NCBI GenBank assembly: GCA_023953905.1
Contig: JAMLJA010000002.1
Span: 196,465-260,464 of the forward strand
DNA from: Rhizobiaceae bacterium
Lineage (GTDB): Bacteria; Pseudomonadota; Alphaproteobacteria; Rhizobiales; Rhizobiaceae
DNA: 64,000 bases
Reading direction: 5' to 3'
A program made the translations under genes and the position numbers. The notes under the pieces were generated by a model. It ran no database searches. It saw only the letters and a list, made by a program, of their open reading frames with translations, and had not been told where the DNA came from. Of this stretch, positions 9,732-19,268 are shown piece after piece. Every line of letters starts with the position of its first letter. Position 1 is the first letter of the stretch.

Positions 9732-11201
9732 ATGACGTATCAGAAAACCACCGTCCTTGAAGAGACGCTCGATCCTGTTGATTGGACCGAGGCGCAGGCA
9801 ATCGGACACCAGATGATCGACTTTGCGGTCGATCGTCTGCGCGGCGTGCGGGACCGGCCGGTGTGGCAGGAGATGCCAACTGCGGTGCGGCAGTTTTTCG
9901 ACGCCCCGCTGCCCGAAACGCCAGCACCGCTTCACGAAATCTGGAGCGACCTGCGCACCAACCTCATGCCCTATCCGATGGGCAACATTCATCCGCGCTT
10001 CTGGATGTGGTACATGGGCGCCGGCAGCTTCACCGGCGCGTTGGGCGAATTTCTGGCCGCGAGCGAAGGCTCGAATCTCGGTGGCGGCAACAGCGCCGCC
10101 GGGCTGATGGATCAACAGGTGACTGGCTGGATCCGGACGATGATGGGCTTTCCCGAGGGGTCTTCGGGAACGCTGGTGGATGGCGGATCGATGGCGAACA
10201 TCATCGGTTTGACCGTGGCGCGCAACGCGATGGCGGGCATTGACGTGCGCGAACAAGGCGTCGCGGCAATTCAGGCAACGCTGCGCTACTATGCTTCAGA
10301 CCAGGTCCATTCCTGTCACCAGAAGGCCCTGGAAATGCTGGGACTGGGCAACCGCGCGCTGGTTCGCGTGCCAACCGACGCATCATACCGGATGGACATC
10401 ACGGCTCTCGCCACCGCCATCGCACAGGACCGGGCTGCGGGGCTGAAACCTGCCTGCGTCATCGCCACGGCCGGCACCACGAACACCGGCGCCATCGACG
10501 ACATCGCGGCGATCCGGGACCTGTGCCGACGCGAGGGCCTGTGGTTCCACGTTGACGGATGCATCGGAGCGCTGGTGAAAATCGCACCGCGCCACAAGCA
10601 TCTGGTTTCCGGCATAGAGGATGCGGATTCGCTGGCGCTCGACCTCCACAAATGGCTGCACGCACCCTTTGAAGCAGGATGTGCTCTGGTGCGCGACAAG
10701 GCACGGCATCGCGCCGCGTTCGCCGTGCATCCCGAATATCTGGAAGGCAAGCCGCGCGGCATTGCAGCGGCTGACTATCTGCACGACTATAACCTGCAGA
10801 CGAGCCGTGGCTTCCGAGCCCTGAAGCTATGGATGCTTTTGAGGGAGCATGGCGTCGAAAAGTTCGGACGGCTCATCGATCAGAATATTGGTCAGGCGCA
10901 CTATTTGACCGGGCTGATCGAAGCCGAGCCCCTTATGACCCTGATGGCGCCGACATCGGTGAATATTGTCAGTTTCCGCTATGATCCGGGCGGTCTGGAT
11001 GAATCCAGCCTGAGAAGTCTCAATACTGAAGTGATGCTGCGCTTGCAGGAAGCCGGTATCGCAGCACTCTCCGACACCACGGTGCACGGTCGCCACTGCC
11101 TGCGGGCGGCAATCTGCAACCATCGCACGCGGCGGGAAGACCTCGATCTGCTGATTGCGGAAGCCAAGCGGATCGGCGGGGAGGTTCACACCAAAGGCTG
11201 A
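9732..11201 (+). CDS. Group II PLP-dependent amino acid decarboxylase
   Basis: HPRFW, ATAGTTNTGAIDD, WFHVDG, DSLALDLHKW, SRGFRALKLW. Confidence 0.9.
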   Translation: MTYQKTTVLEETLDPVDWTEAQAIGHQMIDFAVDRLRGVRDRPVWQEMPTAVRQFFDAPLPETPAPLHEIWSDLRTNLMPYPMGNIHPRFWMWYMGAGSFTGALGEFLAASEGSNLGGGNSAAGLMDQQVTGWIRTMMGFPEGSSGTLVDGGSMANIIGLTVARNAMAGIDVREQGVAAIQATLRYYASDQVHSCHQKALEMLGLGNRALVRVPTDASYRMDITALATAIAQDRAAGLKPACVIATAGTTNTGAIDDIAAIRDLCRREGLWFHVDGCIGALVKIAPRHKHLVSGIEDADSLALDLHKWLHAPFEAGCALVRDKARHRAAFAVHPEYLEGKPRGIAAADYLHDYNLQTSRGFRALKLWMLLREHGVEKFGRLIDQNIGQAHYLTGLIEAEPLMTLMAPTSVNIVSFRYDPGGLDESSLRSLNTEVMLRLQEAGIAALSDTTVHGRHCLRAAICNHRTRREDLDLLIAEAKRIGGEVHTKG

Positions 11202-11270
11202 CGGTTGCTTGTTTTCGAGCGGCTCCGGCTCAAAATCCTTGGAGATATCGTCGGCGCCGCTCGCAGCCCT

Positions 11271-12692
11271 TCAAGACGACAGTCGAACGACCTTGTCGGC
11301 GAACGAGGAGACGATCTTTGTCCGGTGGCTGATCAGAACGATGGCGACCTCCTGTTGGTCCCTTAGCGCGTCAAGAAGTTCAAACACGTCGCGCTGGACA
11401 ATCGGATCCACGCGCGAGGACGGCTCGTCGGCAACGATCAGCATCGGATCGAGCATCAATATGCGCATTAGCGCCAGTCTCTGGGCTTCGCCGCCAGATA
11501 TCTCGTCGATCGAACGCTCCATGAGGCGGGCTGACAGCTTCATGCGCTCCCGCAACTGCTCCAGGCGAAGTGAGAGGGACTCGCCACCAAGTATATCCGC
11601 AAGGTCGGCAAAATGCTGGCCAATCGTTCGATGGCGCGCAAACACGGCTCCCGGATCCTGATGAAGCTTCTGATACTTCCTGCGCAGGCGATGCACAGTC
11701 GCCTTTGTGGCGGCAGTGCCTTCCCAAAGCACGGTGCCGGATGTCGGCCGGCGCAGACCCAGCAGAACGTCACCCAGTGTCGTCTTCCCGATTCCGCTCT
11801 GACCTGTCACGGCCACCACCTCGCCTGCATCGATCGTAAAGGAGAGATTTTCGAAAAGCGGTCCGCCGGCGCGGTATCCGAATGAAACGTCGCGTAGCTC
11901 TGCCACAGTCCTGCTAGGCGGCCTGATGCGTGGAGCGGGGGCGCTCCAGTTGGCAGGGTCCGACTGAAGCAGTGCGCGCGAGTAGTCGTTGCGCGGGCTT
12001 GTAAACAACTCATGCGCGGGGCCTGCCTCCACGGCTTCTCCTGCCTTCATCACGACCGTTCTGCCATCGAGCTGGCGTGCAAGGTCGAGATCGTGCGTGA
12101 TGACAAGCAAGCTTCGCCCCTCCGCGCGAAGGCGGTTTAATGCCGTCAGGCTCTGAGCCGCGCGATCCTCGTCCAATCCCTTCGTGGGCTCGTCGGCGAT
12201 GATCAGGCTGGCGCCGCTGACAAGAGCCGTCGCGAACAGGGTTCTTTGCGCCATACCTCCCGACAGCTGGAACGGATAGGCCTTGCCGACGGAAGCAGAG
12301 AGGTCCAACTCGCTGAGCGCGGCGTCGATGCGCCTGTCGTCCGAACCCTTCACCTGCCTAAGCTGGCGTCGGATGCGCATGGTTGGATCAAGCGATCGAA
12401 ACGGCTCCTGCGGCACGAGAGCCATCGTCGTCGACCATTGTGCCCGCAACGCCGTCACGTCCCCGAGCGCTATTCGTTTTCCCTCGATCCGGAGGAACCC
12501 ATCGGCATGGAAGTCGGGAGGCAGGAGACCGAGTATAGACTGCGCGACAAGGCTCTTGCCGCTGCCTGTCTCGCCGATCAGCACGCATGCATCGCCCGGA
12601 GTATCCCAGTATAGCGAAACTGGCCCCACAATCCGAATGCCCTCGGTGTCGAGGATTTGGTCGAGTTGGAATTCGATGCCCTGATCAGTCAT
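11271..12692 (-). CDS. ABC transporter ATPase, two fused NBDs (peptide/nickel type)
   Basis: GETGSGKS and GQSGIGKT Walker A; LSGGMAQR and ISGGEAQR signatures. Confidence 0.92.
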   Translation of the reverse strand: MTDQGIEFQLDQILDTEGIRIVGPVSLYWDTPGDACVLIGETGSGKSLVAQSILGLLPPDFHADGFLRIEGKRIALGDVTALRAQWSTTMALVPQEPFRSLDPTMRIRRQLRQVKGSDDRRIDAALSELDLSASVGKAYPFQLSGGMAQRTLFATALVSGASLIIADEPTKGLDEDRAAQSLTALNRLRAEGRSLLVITHDLDLARQLDGRTVVMKAGEAVEAGPAHELFTSPRNDYSRALLQSDPANWSAPAPRIRPPSRTVAELRDVSFGYRAGGPLFENLSFTIDAGEVVAVTGQSGIGKTTLGDVLLGLRRPTSGTVLWEGTAATKATVHRLRRKYQKLHQDPGAVFARHRTIGQHFADLADILGGESLSLRLEQLRERMKLSARLMERSIDEISGGEAQRLALMRILMLDPMLIVADEPSSRVDPIVQRDVFELLDALRDQQEVAIVLISHRTKIVSSFADKVVRLSS

Positions 12693-13482
12693 GTCGGCGG
12701 CCCGCGGTGACTTTCTTTCTCCCGGTCGTGAACACATGGGCGAACGCCAGGACTGAGAGAAAGATCGCGAGACAGGGCGCTGCCAGCTGAAGACGCGCTT
12801 CCGAGATGTAGGGCATCATCTCGCTGATCATCGCGCCCCACTCCGGCGTTGGAGGACGTATGCCGAGGCCTAGAAATCCGAGTGACGAGACCGACAGGAT
12901 CGCTCCGCCCACTGACAGCACGCCGATCGGAAGCGTCGAGTGGATCACAGGTGGCAGAACATGTCGTCGCAAGATCGCCGTCGTGCGAAAGCCGGCCATC
13001 TCGGCCGCCTCGACGTGCTGTTCAGCAAGCACCTGGCCAGCCGTTGCACGCGACAGCCTGGCGAACTGAGGCATGAGACCGAGCGAGATGCCGAACAGGA
13101 TCGGGCCTGGGCCTCCACCGAGGAAACCGGCGAGTAGAAGGGCAAGGAGGATACCGGGAAACGCGAGCAGCAGATCGACGAGGCGCATCAGGACTGCATC
13201 CACCAACCCGCCGCGATAAGCCGCGATCATGCCGAGCGCGAGCCCACCTGCATAGGCGAACACAACGCAGAGCCCGGCAAGACCGAGCGATCTTGGCGCG
13301 GCATGGGCGACACGAAGCAATACGTCGCGACCAAGATGGTCGAACCCGAAGGGATGCAGCAGGCTCGGCCCCTCGAGCGCCCTGAGAAGATCCTGAGAGT
13401 TTGGGTCACCCGGAAGGAGGAGGTGAATTCCTGCGGCGACGATCAGCACGGCAATCGACGCAACCTGCATGCGACGCATCAT
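12685..13482 (-). CDS. ABC permease (DppC/NikC type)
   Basis: HPFGFDHLGRD, EWGAMI, multiple TM helices. Confidence 0.92.
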   Translation of the reverse strand: MMRRMQVASIAVLIVAAGIHLLLPGDPNSQDLLRALEGPSLLHPFGFDHLGRDVLLRVAHAAPRSLGLAGLCVVFAYAGGLALGMIAAYRGGLVDAVLMRLVDLLLAFPGILLALLLAGFLGGGPGPILFGISLGLMPQFARLSRATAGQVLAEQHVEAAEMAGFRTTAILRRHVLPPVIHSTLPIGVLSVGGAILSVSSLGFLGLGIRPPTPEWGAMISEMMPYISEARLQLAAPCLAIFLSVLAFAHVFTTGRKKVTAGRRHD

Positions 13483-14447
13483 CGGAACGTCGCCCGTCGC
13501 TGATCGCGCTGCGAGATCCGGGGATCCAGCGCGAGGCTGGTGAGGTCAGCTGCAAGATTGACAAGCCCGTAGCCGACGGCCGCCACAAGTCCCGCTCCCA
13601 TCACCATGGGAACGTCACGCGCCAGCATTGACGAGACAAGCAGATCGCCGAGACCGGGGAAATTGAAGAGCGTCTCGATCATGATAAAGCCGTCGACCAC
13701 CGCTGCGAACTGGAGGGCGGCGAAGGCCACGATCGGTATCGCGGCGTTGCGCCATCCGTTCTGCCAGAGCGCCATCGAAGCCGTAAGGCCTTTCGTCCGG
13801 GCGAAGGTGATGAAGAAGGCGCCATTCACCTCCCGGACAGTGTCCCTGATCAGGCGGATGGAAAAGGCGGAGAGGCCGAGTGCGAGTGTCGCGGCAGGAA
13901 GAATGAGGTGTTCGGGTGAGCGAAAGCCCGCCGGGGGCAGCCAGCGCAGTGAGAGCGCGAAGATCGATATCAGTCCGATGCCCATCAGGAAGCTGGGAAG
14001 CGATGCCATCGTCACGCAATAGAATGAAGAGAGCTTGTCGACCCAACCTCGGGGACGAAGCGCGGCGCAGATTCCGATGGGCAACGCCACAAGATGGGAA
14101 GCGAGCCAACCGACGATGCCGAGGACGAGTGTGTTCTGACCTCTGTACCAAAGCTCGCTTGTAACCGACTGGCCGGAGACCAGCGACACGCCGAGATCGC
14201 CTGTAGCCAAGCGTCGGATCCACTCGCCATATTGGAGTAGGATGGGACGGTTCAGCCCTTCCTCGCTGGCAATCTCTTCAGCCCTTCCGACATTGAGAAA
14301 CTCGGCCCCTCCCCTCGCCTCGGCGATGCGCAGCGCCGTGTCTCCGGGCAGCACATGCACGAAGACAAAACACATTGTGACGATCGTCCAGGCAACCATC
14401 GCGGTCTGCGCCAGTCGCCCGACGATCATGGTCGTCCAGTACGTCAT
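13479..14447 (-). CDS. ABC permease (DppB/NikB type)
   Basis: GDLGVS, IETLFNFPGLG, ALDPRI. Confidence 0.92.
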   Translation of the reverse strand: MTYWTTMIVGRLAQTAMVAWTIVTMCFVFVHVLPGDTALRIAEARGGAEFLNVGRAEEIASEEGLNRPILLQYGEWIRRLATGDLGVSLVSGQSVTSELWYRGQNTLVLGIVGWLASHLVALPIGICAALRPRGWVDKLSSFYCVTMASLPSFLMGIGLISIFALSLRWLPPAGFRSPEHLILPAATLALGLSAFSIRLIRDTVREVNGAFFITFARTKGLTASMALWQNGWRNAAIPIVAFAALQFAAVVDGFIMIETLFNFPGLGDLLVSSMLARDVPMVMGAGLVAAVGYGLVNLAADLTSLALDPRISQRDQRRATFR

Positions 14448-16006
14448 CAGGCCTTGAATCTCAGCCGTTCGAGGTAGAGGCGCTGCTCGAATGGGTCGTT
14501 GACAAAGCCATCGAGGCCGTCGGAGACCGCAAAAATCTGGCTGTACCAGACGATCGGAATGACTGGCAGGTCCTCCTGAAGGATTTCAGTCAGGCGGTGC
14601 CGGCTCGCCGCCCGGATTTCCTCGTTCGTTTCGGCGAAATACGCGTCGGTCAGTCTATCGAACTCCGCGTTGCGCCAGTTCATGGCGCCGGTGTCCGATT
14701 GGTTGCGGGAATCCTCCACCACGAACTCGCTGGAGATAACGGCGATGCCGTCCGGAACGATTGCCAGATGGCGAGACGAGAAGCCGATGTCGAGCGTTCC
14801 GTTCTGCTTCGCCTCGACGATGGCGCTGGCTTCGCCCACGCTGATCGCAAGGTCGTAGCCGACCGTCTTGAACATCGCCTGTAGCGCGGTCGCGATAACG
14901 GGCATCTCGGGACGATTCGGGAAAGTATGGATGGTGCCGGCGAAACGCACGCCATCCTTTGAACGAATGCCGTCCGCACCCTTGATCCATCCGGCTTTGT
15001 CCAGCAGTGCCTCGGCGGCGGCGACGTTGTAGTCGTATCGCGGGAGGTCGTCGAAATGCCAATCCGGCATCACCGGCGGAAAGAGCTGAGTGGCAGCGAG
15101 CTCCGCATTGCGCATGATCGTTCTGGCGATGGCGGTCCGATCAATGGCCAGGCTGAGGGCACGTCTGGTTCGCGCGTCGGAAAACTGGGGCTTGCCACAG
15201 TCGGGATAGAGAGCGTGCACCCTCGGATTGATGACTTCGTGCACCTGCATCATGCCGGAACTTTCGATCCGCGCCACACTCGGGGTCGGAATGTTCATGA
15301 TGACATCCGCGTCGCCAGCGAGCGCCATGTTGGTACGGGTCTCACCATTGGCGACCGCCTCGAACTCGGCACGTTCGACAGAGGGGCGCTCGCCCCAATA
15401 GGCGTCGTGGCGTAGAAGAGTAAGACGTCGCGGCAAATCGACTGAGTCGACCTTGAAGGGGCCAGTTGAGATGAGGCTGGCGATTTTGCCATCCGCCGTG
15501 AAGGCGGCGGGCGCGTAAACGCTGATGGCGAAATCGCAAAGATAGGCCGGCAGCGGCCCAAAAGGTCGGGCCAGTTGGAAGATGACCTCGTTGCCCTCGG
15601 CGGCAATCGAAGCGATGGGTACTGCCGACAAGCGCCGCGCCTGGGGTAGCAGGGCGTCCATTGAGGCTTTGACTGCCTCTGCGGTGACGGGTGTACCGTC
15701 GTGGAAAACGACACCGTCGCGCAAAACGAAGCGCCATTCCCGCGCATCATCGGAGACAGTCCAGCTCTGTGACAGACAGGGCACGACGCGGCCGTCGGGC
15801 TCAAGCGCGGTCAATCCCTCCGCGATGCTGGCGCGATTGAGGACGAAACCGCTTTCTGCCGGCTGAATGCTCTTGAACTCCCAGGGCTGGATGGCGCGAA
15901 TGCTGGAAGGTGCGTTTTCTTGCGCCTCGAGCCAGCGCGGGGCCGTCAGGAGCGCTGCGAGTGTGCCACTGCCAAGCAAGACGGTTCTGCGGGAAAGATC
16001 AGTCAT
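14447..16006 (-). CDS. Family 5 (NikA/DppA-like) solute-binding protein with Tat signal
   Basis: SRRTVL twin-Arg; SWTVSDD...LRDGVVFHDG; ISTGPF. Confidence 0.9.
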   Translation of the reverse strand: MTDLSRRTVLLGSGTLAALLTAPRWLEAQENAPSSIRAIQPWEFKSIQPAESGFVLNRASIAEGLTALEPDGRVVPCLSQSWTVSDDAREWRFVLRDGVVFHDGTPVTAEAVKASMDALLPQARRLSAVPIASIAAEGNEVIFQLARPFGPLPAYLCDFAISVYAPAAFTADGKIASLISTGPFKVDSVDLPRRLTLLRHDAYWGERPSVERAEFEAVANGETRTNMALAGDADVIMNIPTPSVARIESSGMMQVHEVINPRVHALYPDCGKPQFSDARTRRALSLAIDRTAIARTIMRNAELAATQLFPPVMPDWHFDDLPRYDYNVAAAEALLDKAGWIKGADGIRSKDGVRFAGTIHTFPNRPEMPVIATALQAMFKTVGYDLAISVGEASAIVEAKQNGTLDIGFSSRHLAIVPDGIAVISSEFVVEDSRNQSDTGAMNWRNAEFDRLTDAYFAETNEEIRAASRHRLTEILQEDLPVIPIVWYSQIFAVSDGLDGFVNDPFEQRLYLERLRFKA

Positions 16007-16054
16007 AAGGTCCTCTGAGTGTTGTGGTTCAGGTTACGGCCGCGCGGCATGCGG

Positions 16055-16447
16055 TCACGATGAAGGAATGGCCGGGCGACCACAGCAGGCCGCGTCACGC
16101 ATCATCGGAGCGGCGCCCAGATGGAATCTGACGCTGCTGCCGCCCTTGATGCGAGCCCGATCAATAAATGTCTGAGAAAGGTAGAGGCGGTCGACGTCGC
16201 AGCCGGGCGCGCCGTGCACACATGGGCGTTTATCGGTGCCACTCGCCAACCGAAGGAAGCGCCCGCCGCCAATGCTGCTATCACAGATCCGCCGTGTCTG
16301 GATCGACAGTTCGCGGGCGAGATGGATACCGTTTGCGGAAGGTTGCTCGAACGTGACCGAGCAACGCGACCAGTGTTCGCGGATCTGCTCATTCACGCCG
16401 AAGCTTGAGCGGCTGTGTTGTCCGTCGCTGCCTTGAAGAGCGTGCAT
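16055..16447 (-). pseudogene. Degenerate, truncated class I SAM-dependent methyltransferase
   Basis: EQIREHWSRCSVTFE...GGGRFLRLASGT...LYLSQTFIDRAR...VRFHLGAA resembles the recalled methyltransferases that accompany this ABC family (EIKAYWS.RA.TFD...RALDLASGT...DWSETML..AR...RFLMGDA); C-terminal half absent. Confidence 0.5.
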
Positions 16448-16552
16448 ATCCCACCCCGGCCGAAGCCTTCACAAACGGGGTGCACGCAAGACCGCCTTCG
16501 CTGCGATGAGCGAAGTCAAAGTCCCCGAGACACCCCGCCCGGCGACAGTCCA

Positions 16553-16735
16553 TGAATTTGATGGCAGGTTTCCTGGCTCGCGGAGAATGCCTGACGCCTT
16601 CCCAGGATCACCCAGTGGCATATGTCAGGCTCATGCCGCTTACAGTTGCGGGGGCAGCCGCGGCTTCGGACGTTTCGTCCACACCGCATTCCCTTTTAAC
16701 CTTCCCAAAAAGGAAGGCACCATCAGAGGTTTCGA
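16553..16735 (-). ncRNA. Cobalamin (AdoCbl) riboswitch
   Basis: Minus strand reads GGTG...AAAAGGGAATGCGGTG...GCTGCCCCCGCAACTGTAAGCGG...GCCACTG...GGGAAGG...GAGCCAGGAAACCTGCCATC, the canonical B12-element motif order. Confidence 0.93.
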
Positions 16736-17066
16736 TAGCGTCATGCTTCGCCGAGCACAAGTGGCGAGTTTGGCTTTCCAGTTCGAATGAGATCGTCCCT
16801 CGTCATACCGTGAGATAATATGGGTCGCATTGGAACCAGCGGCGAAAGCCTGAAACATAGGAACAAGACGCCGAAACGGCATATATGGGTGAAGCCACGG
16901 CAAGGCAGCGCTTTCCATCGGGAAACATGATCCGGATCGTTCTTGCAGGCCTTCGAGGCGGAAGAGCCCCATTCGATTTCTCACCGCATGAACCCTCCGC
17001 CACAATTCGGATCAGGCGTTGGGCAATAGATCGTACAGGTATGCTCCAAGAAGGCCGCTAGCGGGA

Positions 17067-17720
17067 TTACGCCTGCCGATGAACCATGCGTTGTGCGTCG
17101 GGCTCAGTGTGCCGATGGGCAAGAGCGAAGGCACGGTCGGCATCCCCGCTGCATATCGCTGAAAGAAGTGGCTCATGCAGGTCGACGATCACCTGCGGCT
17201 CAGGATATAAATGATCTGCCATTCTAAGGAACAGCAAAGCCGGCCCGACCAGCCGTTTGTACAACTCGTTCAGACGCTCGCTTCCCGCGATTTCGACAAC
17301 CGTCCGGTGGAACGACAGGTCCAGTTCAATCAGCTTTTGCCGATTTGCCATACGCGCGGCGGCGCACATGTCGTTGAACACACGCTCGAGCCGGATGCGG
17401 CCTTCGTCCGTGATCGTCTGCGCCGCAAGACGCGCGCCCAGTGATTCCAGCGTGTCGCGCAGGATCGAAATCTCACGCACATCCCCTTCGGAGATTTCGA
17501 TGACGAAATGCCCGCGCCGGGGCCGATGCACAACCAAAGCGTCGGCCTGCAGATTCTTCAGCGCTCCCCTGATTGTGCTCTGACTGACGCCGAAGCTGGT
17601 CGCGAGATCCATTTCGACCAACCGCTCCCCCTGCTTCCATACACCGTTCAAGATATCGGCGCGTATCAGGTTAGCCGTTTCAGCTTCAAGGCTTGGGCGT
17701 GGCAATCGAGCCTTTCGCAT
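17067..17720 (-). CDS. GntR family (FCD) regulator
   Basis: ERLVEMDLATSFGVSQSTIRGAL; DLSFH; start trimmed to MRKAR. Confidence 0.9.
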   Translation of the reverse strand: MRKARLPRPSLEAETANLIRADILNGVWKQGERLVEMDLATSFGVSQSTIRGALKNLQADALVVHRPRRGHFVIEISEGDVREISILRDTLESLGARLAAQTITDEGRIRLERVFNDMCAAARMANRQKLIELDLSFHRTVVEIAGSERLNELYKRLVGPALLFLRMADHLYPEPQVIVDLHEPLLSAICSGDADRAFALAHRHTEPDAQRMVHRQA

Positions 17721-17821
17721 CTTTTTCAGAATTTCCTCCTCCGGGGCGGACCACCAGTGCGCCCGCGAAGCCCGCACTCCTTGCCAATGTTGAATACGTC
17801 AACGAGCAACAAGAATTCAAC

Positions 17822-17849
17822 TGTTGCAACAATTATCGATAATCGATAA
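17822..17849. promoter_or_regulatory. Candidate GntR operator between the regulator and the aminotransferase
   Basis: Adjacent palindromes TGTTGCAACA (17822-31) and TTATCGATAA (17833-42) plus a repeated ATCGATAA. Confidence 0.5.
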
Positions 17850-17874
17850 TGCTTGCGACAAGGGACACGAAGAC

Positions 17875-19239
17875 ATGCCTGCGCTCAAGCCTGAAAGCGG
17901 AATTTTCCATCGCGACTTTGCGACCGACCTGCCAGTCGCCAAGCATGCGCAAGGGGTCTGGATTGAAGCGGCGGACGGCCGCAGATACCTTGACGCAATG
18001 GGCAGCGCGGGCGTCATAGGCGTCGGCCATGGCCGCACGGAAATCTATGACGCGCTGGCACGCGAAGGTCGAAATGTCAGCTATGTCTACACCGCCTCGT
18101 TTACGCATCCCTGGCAGGAACGGCTTGCCGCTTCGGTGCTGTCGATCGCTCCGAAGGGTATGGCCTCGATCTATTTCGTTTCGGGCGGGTCGGAGGCAAA
18201 CGAGACGGCTCTCAAGTTGGCGCGTCAATATCATGTCGAACGCGGCGAGCCGAAACGCCACAAGATGCTCGCAAGATGGCAAAGTTATCATGGCGTGACC
18301 ATCGCGACCCTGTCGCTGTCTGGACGAACCAGTTGGCGGTCAGCCTACGATCCCTACATGCTGCCGGTCGTGCATGTATCGCCGCCCTACGAGTATCGCT
18401 GCGCCTACTGCAAGGGTCATGAGGGGTGTTCATACGCATGCGTGGATGAGTTGGAGCGCGCCATCCTTCTCGAAGGGCCGGAGACCGTTTCCTGCTTCTT
18501 TGCAGAAACGATCGTGGGCACCACCGCATCCGGTGTGACACCGCCGCCGGACTATTATCGCCGCGTGCGCGAGATTTGCGATCGCTACGGCATCCTGTTC
18601 ATCGCCGACGAGGTCCTTATGGGCTATGGGCGCACCGGACGACCCTTCGCCATAGAGGACTGGGGCGCGGTCCCCGACATGATTACTTGCGGAAAAGCGA
18701 TCGGTTCAGGCTATGCGCCTCTGGGAGCCGTGATCGTCAATGACCGGATCACGGATTTCTTCCGGGAAGGCAAACGTCGCTTTGTGCACGGTTTCACCTA
18801 TAGCGGCCATGCCGCCTCATGCTTCATCGGCTTGCAGGTCTTCAATATCATGCAGCGTGAGGGCCTGTTCACGCGCGCCGCTGAGATCGGTCCCTACTTG
18901 CATGGACGATTGCGGGACCTTCAGCAGCGCCATCCGCTCATCGGCGAGGTTCGGGGACGTGGATTGTATGCGGGGCTGGAGTTCGTGGCCGACAGGTCAA
19001 CGCGCGAACCTGTCCCGCCGGCCTTCAATTTTACCGGACAGCTCGTATCGGCTATGCGCGAGCGCGGCGTGATCGTCGGCGGCGGCGTGCCGGGCGCAAA
19101 TTTTGGTAAGGGCGGCGACCATATCCAGATCAGCCCGCCATTCATTATTGGAGAAAGTGAAATCGACATTCTGATCGACGCGCTCGATGAGTCGCTGATT
19201 CAGCTTGCCGGACAACTGGACGCCCAGGCAGCCGCCTGA
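17875..19239 (+). CDS. Class III aminotransferase
   Basis: SGGSEANE, SYHG, FIADEV..G.GRTG, PDMITCGKAIGSG, HGFTYSGH. Confidence 0.92.
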   Translation: MPALKPESGIFHRDFATDLPVAKHAQGVWIEAADGRRYLDAMGSAGVIGVGHGRTEIYDALAREGRNVSYVYTASFTHPWQERLAASVLSIAPKGMASIYFVSGGSEANETALKLARQYHVERGEPKRHKMLARWQSYHGVTIATLSLSGRTSWRSAYDPYMLPVVHVSPPYEYRCAYCKGHEGCSYACVDELERAILLEGPETVSCFFAETIVGTTASGVTPPPDYYRRVREICDRYGILFIADEVLMGYGRTGRPFAIEDWGAVPDMITCGKAIGSGYAPLGAVIVNDRITDFFREGKRRFVHGFTYSGHAASCFIGLQVFNIMQREGLFTRAAEIGPYLHGRLRDLQQRHPLIGEVRGRGLYAGLEFVADRSTREPVPPAFNFTGQLVSAMRERGVIVGGGVPGANFGKGGDHIQISPPFIIGESEIDILIDALDESLIQLAGQLDAQAAA

Positions 19240-19268
19240 CGCCCTAACAAGCACCGCGGAAAAGGGGT

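Noticed and set aside
16830-17060. Possible CocE/NonD hydrolase C-terminal remnant (TARQRFPSGNMIRIVLAG)
   Set aside because: Resemblance too short to support without a search
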